Below, one piece after another: positions 52,776 to 62,077 of a DNA stretch of 64,000 nt; position 1 is the first letter of the stretch; each line of letters begins with the position of its first letter. The notes beneath the pieces were generated by a model. That model had not been told where the DNA came from. It did not search any database and saw only the letters and a list, made by a program, of their open reading frames with translations. The translations under genes were made by a program, and so were the position numbers. This DNA comes from Oscillospiraceae bacterium (GTDB lineage: Bacteria > Bacillota > Clostridia > Saccharofermentanales > Saccharofermentanaceae), in the NCBI GenBank assembly GCA_902780785.1, contig CACZGS010000010.1, positions 44,363-108,362 on the forward strand, in the 5' to 3' direction.

Positions 52776-53768
52776 TCATGCTGCGTCAACGAAAACTATG
52801 CTCTCGGCTTCGACCGTCTGTCCGAAATAGTTTGAATACTTGTATTTCGTGTCATAGCACTTGGGGAGTCCCATGGACATGCCGATCCTTGCGTGATAGA
52901 CAAATGCCTCGTCCGTCAGGTTGAAAAAAGGATATATCGCGCTTCCGTATGTATCACTGGCCGTGTCGTCCCAGAGGCAGTCCACATTGTAGTAACTGCC
53001 TTCTATAAGGACCATGTTCCAGGAATGGCTGCCGCCGTCTTCACTGCCTCCGATGACCTGTCCGCTTATCCCTTCCGTTTTTCCGGCAACATAGTAGCAG
53101 ACGAACCCTGCCCTGCACATGAGATACTGGAATGCCCTCGCATATCCGGCACATACCGATTTGTTGAGGATCAGGCAGGAATATGCGCTCTGATTATAGG
53201 GCGCAGCCTCATCGTAGGTCGTATTCTGGCAGATGTAATCGTGAATGAAGAGTTCCCTCTCGACCATCGAGCCTTTATGACGGGCTTCACTGATGACGGA
53301 ATCGGCCTTCTCCTCCATGTCGATCTTTGCCTTGCGGAGCTTTTCGGGCGTGTCGGCAAAATCGTAGAAATCGAAGGTTATCTCCTTGATGCTTCCGTCG
53401 TCAGGGTCGTATGTATAGGAATACTTGTTGTCGAGCCAGAATAATTCGGGATGGTCATTAAGCACCGCGTCTATGGATTTGGAGAGATCGTCGGCAGTAG
53501 CTTCGACCGTACATTCAAACTTCTGGCTTCCTTTATATAATTCAGCGAAAAGAAGAGAATATATGTCCTTCTCTTTTTCCGTAAGGGTCGCGAAATAAGG
53601 ATATATGCCGGCATCGAAATTTGCTCTCTTAAAGCTTGTTTCGGAAATTCCGGTGATATCGGATGTTGATCCGTCCGTAATGTCGAAGTCTCCAAAGCAC
53701 GAGCAAAGACCGATAACCGATGTTATCAGAAGAACGGACGCCAATATCTTTATAAGTGTCTTATGCAT
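52776..53768 (-). CDS. Transglutaminase-like lipoprotein, tandem paralog 2
   Basis: 330 aa with lipobox-like GLCSC. Core motifs: SVCAGYARAFQYLM, GSHSWNMVLIEGSYYNVDCLWDD. Confidence 0.8.
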   Translation of the reverse strand: MHKTLIKILASVLLITSVIGLCSCFGDFDITDGSTSDITGISETSFKRANFDAGIYPYFATLTEKEKDIYSLLFAELYKGSQKFECTVEATADDLSKSIDAVLNDHPELFWLDNKYSYTYDPDDGSIKEITFDFYDFADTPEKLRKAKIDMEEKADSVISEARHKGSMVERELFIHDYICQNTTYDEAAPYNQSAYSCLILNKSVCAGYARAFQYLMCRAGFVCYYVAGKTEGISGQVIGGSEDGGSHSWNMVLIEGSYYNVDCLWDDTASDTYGSAIYPFFNLTDEAFVYHARIGMSMGLPKCYDTKYKYSNYFGQTVEAESIVFVDAA

Positions 53769-53833
53769 TAAAAATCCCTTCAGACCAATAGGCCTAAAGG
53801 GATTATAAGTAAAAACTCGTGATTATTCTATCC

Positions 53834-55192
53834 TTATTTCAGGTGCATTTCATCGTCTTTGACGACCAGAGCTTTCTCTTCTTCCGGAACCTGAACTTCA
53901 TTGACATCAAGTACGACGAGCTCGAGTTCTTCGGGAGCAATCGCCTTCTTGGCACGGAACTTAAGGACAAGTGCGGCTAAGCCGATAAGGAGCAGTAAGA
54001 TTCCGAAGGCAGTGATCACATAATCGTAGAAGAGTCTGGTCTCAGTCATCTGCGTAGCGATCTCCCAGTAAGGGAATTCGTAGCCCAGGCGCTCCTTGTC
54101 TGTCTCTCCTATAGGGAACATCGTATCGATGATCCTGGTTATCTTGAAACGTCCGGTGTCATTTACGACCAGGACCTGAGGATTTGTAAGAGAATATGAA
54201 GGCAATGCATTCTTAAAGTCTGTTACAGCTACTCCGGTAACGAGCTCGGGAAGCATAGCTTCGTAGCACTGGATCGCATAATCGGACTCGGATCCCTGCT
54301 TGGTTGTACCGGAATCTAATCCGCCGTAATCGGAGAAATCGTCAAAACCGCCCATATCTCCGGAGGGATCTGCATTGATCGCAGTGTCACTTGAGTCACC
54401 GCCGTAAAGCGCCCCCAAAGCTCCGAAATAGATGAACACCCTGCACTCCTGCTCGCCGGCAAGTTCTGCAACCTTGGTATTCTTCTCTTCAACAACGCCG
54501 ATAACGGTGAACATCTTGCCGTTGATCTCGATAACATGTCCTACAACATCGTATGAACGGTAGAATTTCCATGCGAGAACGTCATTGATGACGATCTGGT
54601 ATGTGTCTACGGGTGTCTCGGGAAGGAAACCGCCGGATAAGAATCTGAAAGGATGGAATGCCCTGTAGTTTCCGCCGACTGCGACGATCTCTGCATCGGA
54701 TGTTCCTGCCTTCTTCTGCTGGCCGTCGACTACCTCAAGAGATGCTACCTCACCCCTAAGGGTTGAAGAATAGCAGTCTTCCCAGCCTCTGAGCTTATCG
54801 GAATTGCCCGATATCTTTTTGCCGCCGGTGTTGATGCCCGTATCAGCTGATGCCTGAAGCTTCTGTCTCATCAGCGGGAGATCACCTAAATGAATAGACT
54901 TTCCGCCGCCGGTATATGTCATGGGTGATGTCTCGCCCTTGGCTCTGTTGCCGCCCGCAAAGACAACCATGTGTCTGAACCCTGTCTCGGATTTGTTCTG
55001 CCACATCTCTGCGACTTTCTGTTCCGGTCTGCTGTCGGAAAGATATATAGCTCTTCCGATACCAAAACCGATCAGGATCAGCGATGCGACAACGATCCAG
55101 AAAGGAACTGCGAGAACGAGCTTCAGGAAACCAACCTTGATCTTGCTCTTCTCAAAATTGAAGAATTGTTTTGTCTTTTCAATTACACGCAT
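53834..55192 (-). CDS. Bitopic membrane protein with a MacB-like periplasmic core domain but no FtsX 4-TM module
   Basis: 452 aa. TM near the N-terminus (LVLAVPFWIVVASLILIGFGI). PCD-like segment YQIVINDVLAWKFYRSYDVVGHVIEINGKMFTVIGVVEE. A single C-terminal TM (ITAFGILLLLIGLAALVL) is followed by an acidic tail. Confidence 0.65.
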   Translation of the reverse strand: MRVIEKTKQFFNFEKSKIKVGFLKLVLAVPFWIVVASLILIGFGIGRAIYLSDSRPEQKVAEMWQNKSETGFRHMVVFAGGNRAKGETSPMTYTGGGKSIHLGDLPLMRQKLQASADTGINTGGKKISGNSDKLRGWEDCYSSTLRGEVASLEVVDGQQKKAGTSDAEIVAVGGNYRAFHPFRFLSGGFLPETPVDTYQIVINDVLAWKFYRSYDVVGHVIEINGKMFTVIGVVEEKNTKVAELAGEQECRVFIYFGALGALYGGDSSDTAINADPSGDMGGFDDFSDYGGLDSGTTKQGSESDYAIQCYEAMLPELVTGVAVTDFKNALPSYSLTNPQVLVVNDTGRFKITRIIDTMFPIGETDKERLGYEFPYWEIATQMTETRLFYDYVITAFGILLLLIGLAALVLKFRAKKAIAPEELELVVLDVNEVQVPEEEKALVVKDDEMHLK

Positions 55193-55210
55193 TGTTCTAT
55201 CCCTTCAGGA

Positions 55211-56878
55211 TCACTTAGCCGTATAGTCCTCAAGTCTTACACGCTGTCCGTCTTCGAGAGGCTTCTCGGATCTTATAACGATCATTACGTCGTACTTATC
55301 GAGCTCGCCCTTTTGGCTTGTAATAGCAGAATAAGCACCGTCTGTTGCCTCGATCGTAACGTCGATCCTCTTTACGGTGTACTTATCACCGAGAGGTGTT
55401 GAAGAACCTATGATGGCATATACGAAATTACCGCCGTTATCTTCGTTTACCGCGCTGCTCGGAACTACGCACTTGTAGTTGTCATTGCCTCTTCCAGCAT
55501 TTACGGTTATCGGTTCGCCCGGCCAGGCATCACCGCCTTCTACACGACACTTAACGAGCATGTTTCCTCTCGGATTGTCCGGATCGGGCTTCTTCGACAT
55601 AACAGTGCATCCCTCGGCAAATCCGCTCGTTATCTCGAGCTGCTGTCCTGCCCAGATATTCTGTGCTGTCTTGGTCTCGAAAGAGAATGTTACGGAACAC
55701 TGCCTGTCCTTCTCAGGAAGAATATAGCCGACTATAGTCTTTGCCGTAAGATCGTCTCCTGCTGAGACTGCGATGTTATATACAAGTCCGTCAGCGGGTG
55801 CCGTTATTGCCGTGATCTTGGCAGCTGCTTCGAGTTTTGCGATCTCGTCCTTAAGCTTGGCGATATCCTCATCACGGTCTTTTTCCACATCCTTAGCCTT
55901 ATCAGCTTCAATGCTTGCTGAGTTTTTGGCGTCTGAATAAGCCTTATTTGCAGTATTAAGCGAATTCTGGGCTGCAGTTACCTCATTCTTTGCAGATGAT
56001 TCAGAAGGGAGTCCTTCCAAAGCCGTGATCTCAGCTTCAGCCTTGCTGATCTTTCCCTCACATTCCGCAAGATCTGCAGATGCTTCGTTCATACGTTCTT
56101 CTGCAGGTTTAAGCTGATCTTTGAGCTTTTTGATCTCTTCTTCCTTTTCTTTAACCTTATTTACGAGGATCGCATAAGGAGTGGAGTTATTAAGAAGTTC
56201 ATCTTCCGTAGGTTCGGGAGTGTTTGTTTCCTTGTAAACAGTGATCTGTGCATCAAGAGGGGCCTTTTCTGCCAACAACTTGTCGATCTGGGTCTTAAGA
56301 TCTTCAACTGTCTTTGCAGCAGCAGCGACTGTAGCCTCCAAAGAGACTTTCTTGACGGATTCCTCATCGATTATCTTCTGATTATTGCTGATAGCACTCT
56401 TCTTGTTCTGAACCTTCTTCAAAGTTTCCTTAGCTTCTGACAAAGAAGTCTTAGCCCTGTTAATATCATCTGAAAAATTGGATAGATCTGTAGACTGCTT
56501 GGGCTGTCTTGCAGCATAAGCCTTTTCGCGCTCAAGGGTCTTGAGCGAAGCCTTCTTTGTTTCGAGTGTCTCATCGCCTTCAATAGGCTTTAATGTGAGG
56601 ATCGTGTCACCCTTTTTGACAGAGTCATAACTCGTAACCTTGATCTCATCAACGACTCTGCCGTCCAGACCCTTTATCTCGGTCTGGTTATCTACAACGA
56701 CTGTGCCTTTCGCACTGTTCGAATAAGAGAGATTTCCCCTCGAAGCATAAGATCCCATAACCTTGGGGATCGTCATGTTCATGATCGTGTTCGAAAAGAA
56801 TGTCAGTACCGCAAGTAAAGCAACGAACGCAATCATTGCTTTAATAACTCTGGCTCTTCTAGCACTTCCCTTTGCCAT
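55211..56878 (-). CDS. HlyD-family membrane-fusion/periplasmic adaptor protein with a very long coiled coil
   Basis: 555 aa with an N-terminal TM and lipoyl-like VTSYDSVKKGDTILTL...ITAPADGLVYNI halves. The halves are separated by about 270 aa of heptad-rich sequence, followed by a beta-barrel-like C-terminus. Confidence 0.8.
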   Translation of the reverse strand: MAKGSARRARVIKAMIAFVALLAVLTFFSNTIMNMTIPKVMGSYASRGNLSYSNSAKGTVVVDNQTEIKGLDGRVVDEIKVTSYDSVKKGDTILTLKPIEGDETLETKKASLKTLEREKAYAARQPKQSTDLSNFSDDINRAKTSLSEAKETLKKVQNKKSAISNNQKIIDEESVKKVSLEATVAAAAKTVEDLKTQIDKLLAEKAPLDAQITVYKETNTPEPTEDELLNNSTPYAILVNKVKEKEEEIKKLKDQLKPAEERMNEASADLAECEGKISKAEAEITALEGLPSESSAKNEVTAAQNSLNTANKAYSDAKNSASIEADKAKDVEKDRDEDIAKLKDEIAKLEAAAKITAITAPADGLVYNIAVSAGDDLTAKTIVGYILPEKDRQCSVTFSFETKTAQNIWAGQQLEITSGFAEGCTVMSKKPDPDNPRGNMLVKCRVEGGDAWPGEPITVNAGRGNDNYKCVVPSSAVNEDNGGNFVYAIIGSSTPLGDKYTVKRIDVTIEATDGAYSAITSQKGELDKYDVMIVIRSEKPLEDGQRVRLEDYTAK

Positions 56879-56927
56879 CTTCTTGTTCCTCCATATTTTA
56901 CGTAGCGCTTATCGCAGGCTTATTTCT

Positions 56928-57983
56928 TTACTTGATACCCGATCTCGAGATTCCTTCGACGAGATACTCCTCACCCCAGAAGAAGATCAGGAGCGGCGGT
57001 ATCATGTACACACTCGATGCCGCAAATGCGATACCCAGCTCGGGCTCGTTTATCTGCGAAAGGAATACGGATAACGGTTGCTTATTAACGTCTGTCAACA
57101 GGACGAGCGGCTGCTCTACCATGTTCCAGTAGTCGATGAATAACAGGATCGTCAGGGCAAAGATGGCGTTCTTACACAAAGGCAGTGCGATATTCGTAAA
57201 TATCTGCCATTCCGTCGCGCCGTCGAGCGTTGCCGCTTCGATATATCCGGACGGGATCTGACGCATGTATTTGGTAAGAAGGAAGATCGCGAATGTCGAG
57301 AAGATACCCGGCAGTATGATCGCCCAGATCGTATCAAGGATCCCCAATGTATCTGCGATCATGTAGTTCGGAACGAGAGTTACCTGGAACGGCATGAGCA
57401 TGAGGATGATGTATGAGAAGAATAAGATCTCTCTTCTCTTCCTTCTGTATCTTGCGAATGAATAGGATGCGAGGCATGCTACGACCATCTGTCCTGCAAC
57501 GATAGGAAGTGTCAGCAGGATCGAATTCCAATACTTGAACAGGTATTCGGGATTCATGAAGAGCAGAGTCGTGTACTGCTTGATCGTTACCTCTTCAGGA
57601 ATGAGCTTTAATACAGGTGTTCTGGACATATAAGTCGCACCCTGTGTGGCATGTCCTGACATACTCTGGAAGACCGTCTGGTAATTTGCGACGATCTCTT
57701 CTGATGACATGAATGAGTTAAGGAATGTAAAGAAGATAGGTACGAGTGCCAGTGCCGAGATAAATGCGGCAATAAAGACACCTGCGCCCGTGATTATTCC
57801 TTTCTGGATCTTGCGCTTTCTTAAGTTGAGCGCAATCCTCTTTTTCTCGCTTGCGAAAAATAACTCTCTGGCTTCATCGGACATCGATGTGATGAATGTC
57901 TCAGGAGCCTTAGATTCGGTATATATATTACGGCGTGCGAGAGTAGCCTGCTTTTTTCTTTCTAAACGCGTGATCTCGTCCAT
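56928..57983 (-). CDS. CUT1-type (MalG-like) ABC permease with N-terminal cytoplasmic extension
   Basis: The start is at ATG 57983 behind GGAGGA. EAA loop EAATLDGATEWQIFTNIALPL. About 70 aa precede the first TM. Confidence 0.82.
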   Translation of the reverse strand: MDEITRLERKKQATLARRNIYTESKAPETFITSMSDEARELFFASEKKRIALNLRKRKIQKGIITGAGVFIAAFISALALVPIFFTFLNSFMSSEEIVANYQTVFQSMSGHATQGATYMSRTPVLKLIPEEVTIKQYTTLLFMNPEYLFKYWNSILLTLPIVAGQMVVACLASYSFARYRRKRREILFFSYIILMLMPFQVTLVPNYMIADTLGILDTIWAIILPGIFSTFAIFLLTKYMRQIPSGYIEAATLDGATEWQIFTNIALPLCKNAIFALTILLFIDYWNMVEQPLVLLTDVNKQPLSVFLSQINEPELGIAFAASSVYMIPPLLIFFWGEEYLVEGISRSGIK

Positions 57984-57984
57984 C

Positions 57985-59193
57985 TTATTCCTCCACATCC
58001 GAGTCGAACTTGGATTCTGCGAAGAACAGACCGCCGACGATTATGATCATGACAATACACATTACGATGGCGCCTGCAGAAAGCTTGCTGTAGTCCAGAT
58101 GCGTAAATGAGTTGTTCATGAAGTGCTGAAGCATATAGAGGTTATCGAACGGATAGTCACCCGTTAAGAGATATACCTCTCTGAATATCTTGAATGAATT
58201 GATAAGCGACATGATGCCGACAAAGAAGATCGTCGGTGAGAGATAGTGGAGCTTGATAGCGAAGAATCTCTTTAAGGGACCTGCTCCGTCCATCTCGGCA
58301 GATTCAAGGATCTCATGAGGGATACTGTTCAATGCCGCGAGGAACAACACCATGTTGTAACCTAAGTTTTTCCATAGGAACAGCAGCATGATAACGACCT
58401 GGGCGTACTGCGACTTCATCCAGTCTATCTTTTGCGCCCCTTCGAAAAGGTCTGCCGCGATACCGTTGATAACGCCGTTGTAGCTGAAGAATACCTGCCA
58501 GATAAGAACGACTGATGCGACCGGTACCATCATCGGGTTGAGCAAAAAGCTTCTGAACAAGCTCTTTCCGGGAAGTCCCGTGTTAAGGAGCAATGCGATG
58601 AGCAGCGCAAGGACAACTGCTAATGGTACAGAGATCAAGGCAAATGTTAGAGTGTTCTTTGACGCTGAGATAAAGGCTTCGTTGGTCAATACTCTCTCAT
58701 AATTTCTGAATCCTACAAAATCCGAATTCGTAGGAGACTTCTGGAACGAAGTTTTGAGGAGCAGGATCAACGGAAGAAAGAAGAAAACCAATACACCGGC
58801 CAAACTGGGTGTCAGATAACCCGTGAAGATTCCCCAATCGCGGAGCTTTCTTTTGAAGTGCCTCTTCTTGCGGAGCTCGAGTGTCTCTCTTCTTTCGGGA
58901 GTGTCCTCAAAGACCGGAATGTCTTTTGGTGTCAGTTTTGCTGTTGCAAGCGGAGTAACATTCTTGGGCTTGGGTCTGTTGATAAGTGCTTCTTCGTGCT
59001 CTTCTTCGGAAAGTACTCTGACTATGGGTTTAACTGCAAGGGCCTTGTTGGTTTTCTCTGAAGCAGGCTTCTCATCAGCCTTCTCAGTCTTAATAACCTC
59101 AGACCCCGGCCTCATGCCGGTGACTTCACCTTTTTCATTTAACTGGTTTTCTTTGCTAGTCCTATTATCCATACCAAATAACAGTGTCCCCAC
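57985..59193 (-). CDS. CUT1-type (MalF-like) ABC permease with ~100-aa N-terminal extension
   Basis: 402 aa with EAA loop ESAEMDGAGPLKRFFAIKL. No Met codon occurs between residue 27 and the first TM at about residue 120. Confidence 0.8.
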   Translation of the reverse strand: MGTLLFGMDNRTSKENQLNEKGEVTGMRPGSEVIKTEKADEKPASEKTNKALAVKPIVRVLSEEEHEEALINRPKPKNVTPLATAKLTPKDIPVFEDTPERRETLELRKKRHFKRKLRDWGIFTGYLTPSLAGVLVFFFLPLILLLKTSFQKSPTNSDFVGFRNYERVLTNEAFISASKNTLTFALISVPLAVVLALLIALLLNTGLPGKSLFRSFLLNPMMVPVASVVLIWQVFFSYNGVINGIAADLFEGAQKIDWMKSQYAQVVIMLLFLWKNLGYNMVLFLAALNSIPHEILESAEMDGAGPLKRFFAIKLHYLSPTIFFVGIMSLINSFKIFREVYLLTGDYPFDNLYMLQHFMNNSFTHLDYSKLSAGAIVMCIVMIIIVGGLFFAESKFDSDVEE

Positions 59194-59369
59194 ACTTTGT
59201 CGCTCGGATTATAATCCGTTGCTGATATTAATCTAATACATCTTTATGTACATTTTGTGGCAAAGCGGCATCAAAACGGCATCATTTAAAGAAAAAATGT
59301 CTTACAGAGCTAAGTATATCTTTAAAGATACCGTTATAGGTTTAAGTTTTGGTTAAGATTTCCGTAAGA

Positions 59370-60785
59370 TCAGCTTACGGTCTCTACCTTAATCGTATTG
59401 GTGTTTCCGGCTTTGCCGTTGATAAGGCCGCCTGTCATTACGACATTGTCGCCTGCCTTGAGGTCAAGGACTTCCTTGGCGACATTAAGGCCGTGATAGT
59501 ACATTACGTCAGTTGAATTGAATTCCTCATTAAGGATCGGGATAACGCCCCATGAGAGGTTAAGTCTTCTCCAGATCCTCTCGGATGTGGTCATGCCGAT
59601 GATGTCTATAGGGCATCTGAAACGTGATACCATTCTCGCTGTAACGCCGCTTCTGGAGTGAACGACGATAGCCTTGGCGCCTACGTCGATCGCCATCTGG
59701 CATGTCGCATGGGAAATAGCGTCCAGGTTATTTCTCATGTTGAACTCCTGCTTTGCAAAACGCTCCTTATAGTTGATGTGCATCTCGGTATACTCGGCTA
59801 CCTGTGACATTGTCTGGACTGCTTCCACAGGATACTTGCCGGCAGCGGATTCGCCGGAAAGCATGATAGCTGAAGAACCGTCATATACTGCGTTTGCGAC
59901 ATCAGAGATCTCGGCTCTTGTCGGTCTCGGATTATTGATCATGGACTCGAGCATCTCCGTAGCTGTGATAACACGGCGGCCCAAAAGTCTGCAGCGCTTA
60001 ATGAGCTGCTTTTGAACGCTCGGAACCTCATGGAACGGGATCTCAACGCCTAAGTCACCTCTTGCGATCATGATGCCTGCGCAATATTCGGAGATCTCAT
60101 CGATATTATCAACGCCTGCACGGTTCTCGATCTTTGCGATGACTTCGATATTCTCGCCGCCGTTTGCATCTAAGAACTCACGCATCTCGATCATGTCTTC
60201 TTTTCGCGATACGAAAGAAGCTGCGACAAAATCGATCTCATTTTTAATGCCGAACATAAGATCCTTCTTATCCTGCTCGCTTAAGAAGTCACCCTGCATG
60301 ACCTTGTTCGGGAAGTTCATTGACTTCTGATTAGAGAGAACGCCTCCGACGACTACCTCGCAGATAACGTCAGAACCCTTGATCTCTTTAACTTCGAGGA
60401 TAACGAGTCCGTTGTTGATAAGAACCCTGTCACCGGGATTAAGCTGTTGGGGAAGCATCTTATATGTAACGGATACGCGTGTTTCATCGCCTTCGATGTC
60501 GTCTGTCGTGAGAACGAATGTAGCGCCGTCCTTAAGCTCAACCTTGCCTTCCTTGAAGGTCTTGATCCTGTACTCGGGTCCCTTTGTGTCGAGCATGATC
60601 GCGATCGGGAGGTTCATCTTCTCCCTTACCCTCTTGATGAGGTCGATCTTCTCCTGGTGCTGTTCATGTGTGCCGTGCGAAAAGTTGAGTCTTGCAACGT
60701 TCATTCCCGCTTCGAACATCCTGGATAATGTCTCTTCATTATCCGAAGCCGGTCCTATCGTACAGATTATCTTAGTTTTGCGCAT
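59370..60785 (-). CDS. pyk: Pyruvate kinase
   Basis: 471 aa. MRKTKIICTIGPAS...ARLNFSHG, MVARGDLGVEIP-like IARGDLGVEIP. Confidence 0.95.
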   Translation of the reverse strand: MRKTKIICTIGPASDNEETLSRMFEAGMNVARLNFSHGTHEQHQEKIDLIKRVREKMNLPIAIMLDTKGPEYRIKTFKEGKVELKDGATFVLTTDDIEGDETRVSVTYKMLPQQLNPGDRVLINNGLVILEVKEIKGSDVICEVVVGGVLSNQKSMNFPNKVMQGDFLSEQDKKDLMFGIKNEIDFVAASFVSRKEDMIEMREFLDANGGENIEVIAKIENRAGVDNIDEISEYCAGIMIARGDLGVEIPFHEVPSVQKQLIKRCRLLGRRVITATEMLESMINNPRPTRAEISDVANAVYDGSSAIMLSGESAAGKYPVEAVQTMSQVAEYTEMHINYKERFAKQEFNMRNNLDAISHATCQMAIDVGAKAIVVHSRSGVTARMVSRFRCPIDIIGMTTSERIWRRLNLSWGVIPILNEEFNSTDVMYYHGLNVAKEVLDLKAGDNVVMTGGLINGKAGNTNTIKVETVS

Positions 60786-60908
60786 TTACTATAATCTCCT
60801 CAAAAGCCATAAAAAAGTTTTGTCTGATTGTATCATTTGTGCCCCTAAACTTCTGCACAATATTGTAAAATGTTTAAGTCAATATTTTTTACATCGGAGG
60901 CTTTGCAC

Positions 60909-61889
60909 ATGGCAGACGTAAGACCTGAATCCCTTAAAAGAATCACAACCAAAGCCCTGGCTGACGAGTTTATCGCAGATCAGCTCAAGGCTATCAAGGA
61001 GCAAGTCGGTGACAAGAAAGTTCTCTTGGCTCTTTCCGGCGGCGTTGACTCTTCAGTAGTCGCAGCTCTCCTCATAAAAGCAATCGGAACAAATCTCGTT
61101 TGCGTTCACGTTAACCACGGACTCTTGAGAAAAGGCGAACCCGAGATGGTATGCAAAGTCTTCAGAGACGAGCTCGGCGCTAACCTCATCTATGTCGATG
61201 CAGTTGACAGATTCTTAGGCCTTCTCGAAGGCGTTACGGATCCTGAGCAGAAGCGTCACATCATCGGCGAAGAGTTCATCAAGGTCTTCGCTGAAGAAGC
61301 TGCAAAGCTCGACGGCATCGCTTTCCTCGCACAGGGCACCATCTATCCTGACATCTTAGAGAGCGAGCAGGGCATCAAGGCTCACCACAACGTTGGCGGC
61401 CTCCCTCCGGAACTCGATTTCGAGCTCGTTGAACCCGTTAAGTACCTCTACAAGGATGAGGTCCGTGTAGTAGGTTCCGCTTTGGGTCTTCCTGACAAGA
61501 TGGTTTACCGTCAGCCTTTCCCCGGACCGGGACTTGGCGTAAGATGCCCCGGTGCCATCACAAGAGACAGACTCGAAGCTGTAAGAGAGTCCGATGCGAT
61601 CCTTCGTGAAGAGTTCGAAAAGGCCGGCCTCGAAGGCAAGGTGTGGCAGTACTTCACGGTAGTTCCTGACTTCAAGTCAACTGGCATCAAGGACGGCAAG
61701 AGAGCTTTCGAGTGGCTCTGCATAGTGCGTGCTATCAACACAACAGACGTTGTTAAGTGCACTGTAGAACCTATCGACTACGATCTTATGTGCCGCATCA
61801 CAGACCGTATCACTCACGAAGTACCCGGCATCAACCGTGTTCTCTACGATTACACGCCGAAGCCGACAGCAACAGTAGAGTACGAGTAA
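60909..61889 (+). CDS. guaA: GMP synthase ATP-pyrophosphatase/dimerisation module only (no glutamine amidotransferase domain)
   Basis: 326 aa from ATG 60909 (GGAGG RBS). PP-loop LALSGGVDSSV at about residue 45, then ...QGTIYPD..ES, HHNVGGLP, and C-terminal TVEYE. The upstream gene is divergent (pyk), so no GATase domain can be encoded in frame. Confidence 0.85.
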   Translation: MADVRPESLKRITTKALADEFIADQLKAIKEQVGDKKVLLALSGGVDSSVVAALLIKAIGTNLVCVHVNHGLLRKGEPEMVCKVFRDELGANLIYVDAVDRFLGLLEGVTDPEQKRHIIGEEFIKVFAEEAAKLDGIAFLAQGTIYPDILESEQGIKAHHNVGGLPPELDFELVEPVKYLYKDEVRVVGSALGLPDKMVYRQPFPGPGLGVRCPGAITRDRLEAVRESDAILREEFEKAGLEGKVWQYFTVVPDFKSTGIKDGKRAFEWLCIVRAINTTDVVKCTVEPIDYDLMCRITDRITHEVPGINRVLYDYTPKPTATVEYE

Positions 61890-61957
61890 TATTATTTGCT
61901 CGCTTAGGTCCTCGACGCTTCGCGTCTGCGGAAATCGCTCGCAAACAAAATTACTCT
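61890..61957 (+). repeat. REP-like repeat copy 2, abutting the guaA stop codon
   Basis: ATTATTTGCTCGCTTAGGTCCTCGACGCTTCGCGTCTGCGGAAATCGCTCGCAAACAAAATTACTCT. Confidence 0.8.
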
Positions 61958-61980
61958 TTTCAATGAGACAAAAACTAAGG

Positions 61981-62026
61981 AAGCTCCTGGTAATTCAGGG
62001 GCTTTCTTTTTGGGAGATGATATAAT
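61981..62026 (+). promoter_or_regulatory. Terminator-plus-promoter module A
   Basis: The hairpin AAGCTCCTG...CAGGGGCTT is followed by a T-run, then GATGATATAAT (extended -10; TATAAT at 62021-62026). Confidence 0.55.
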
Positions 62027-62077
62027 TAATCTATCTGAGGAAACCTTAGAAACGAAAAGATTATATGACTCGATTCA

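Noticed and set aside
60786-60908. Searched the guaA leader for a purine riboswitch, the fhs leader (7449-7691) for a THF/ZTP riboswitch, and the arg leader for a T-box.
   Set aside because: None of the conserved cores I know for these elements could be found by eye. A covariance-model scan would be needed to exclude them formally.
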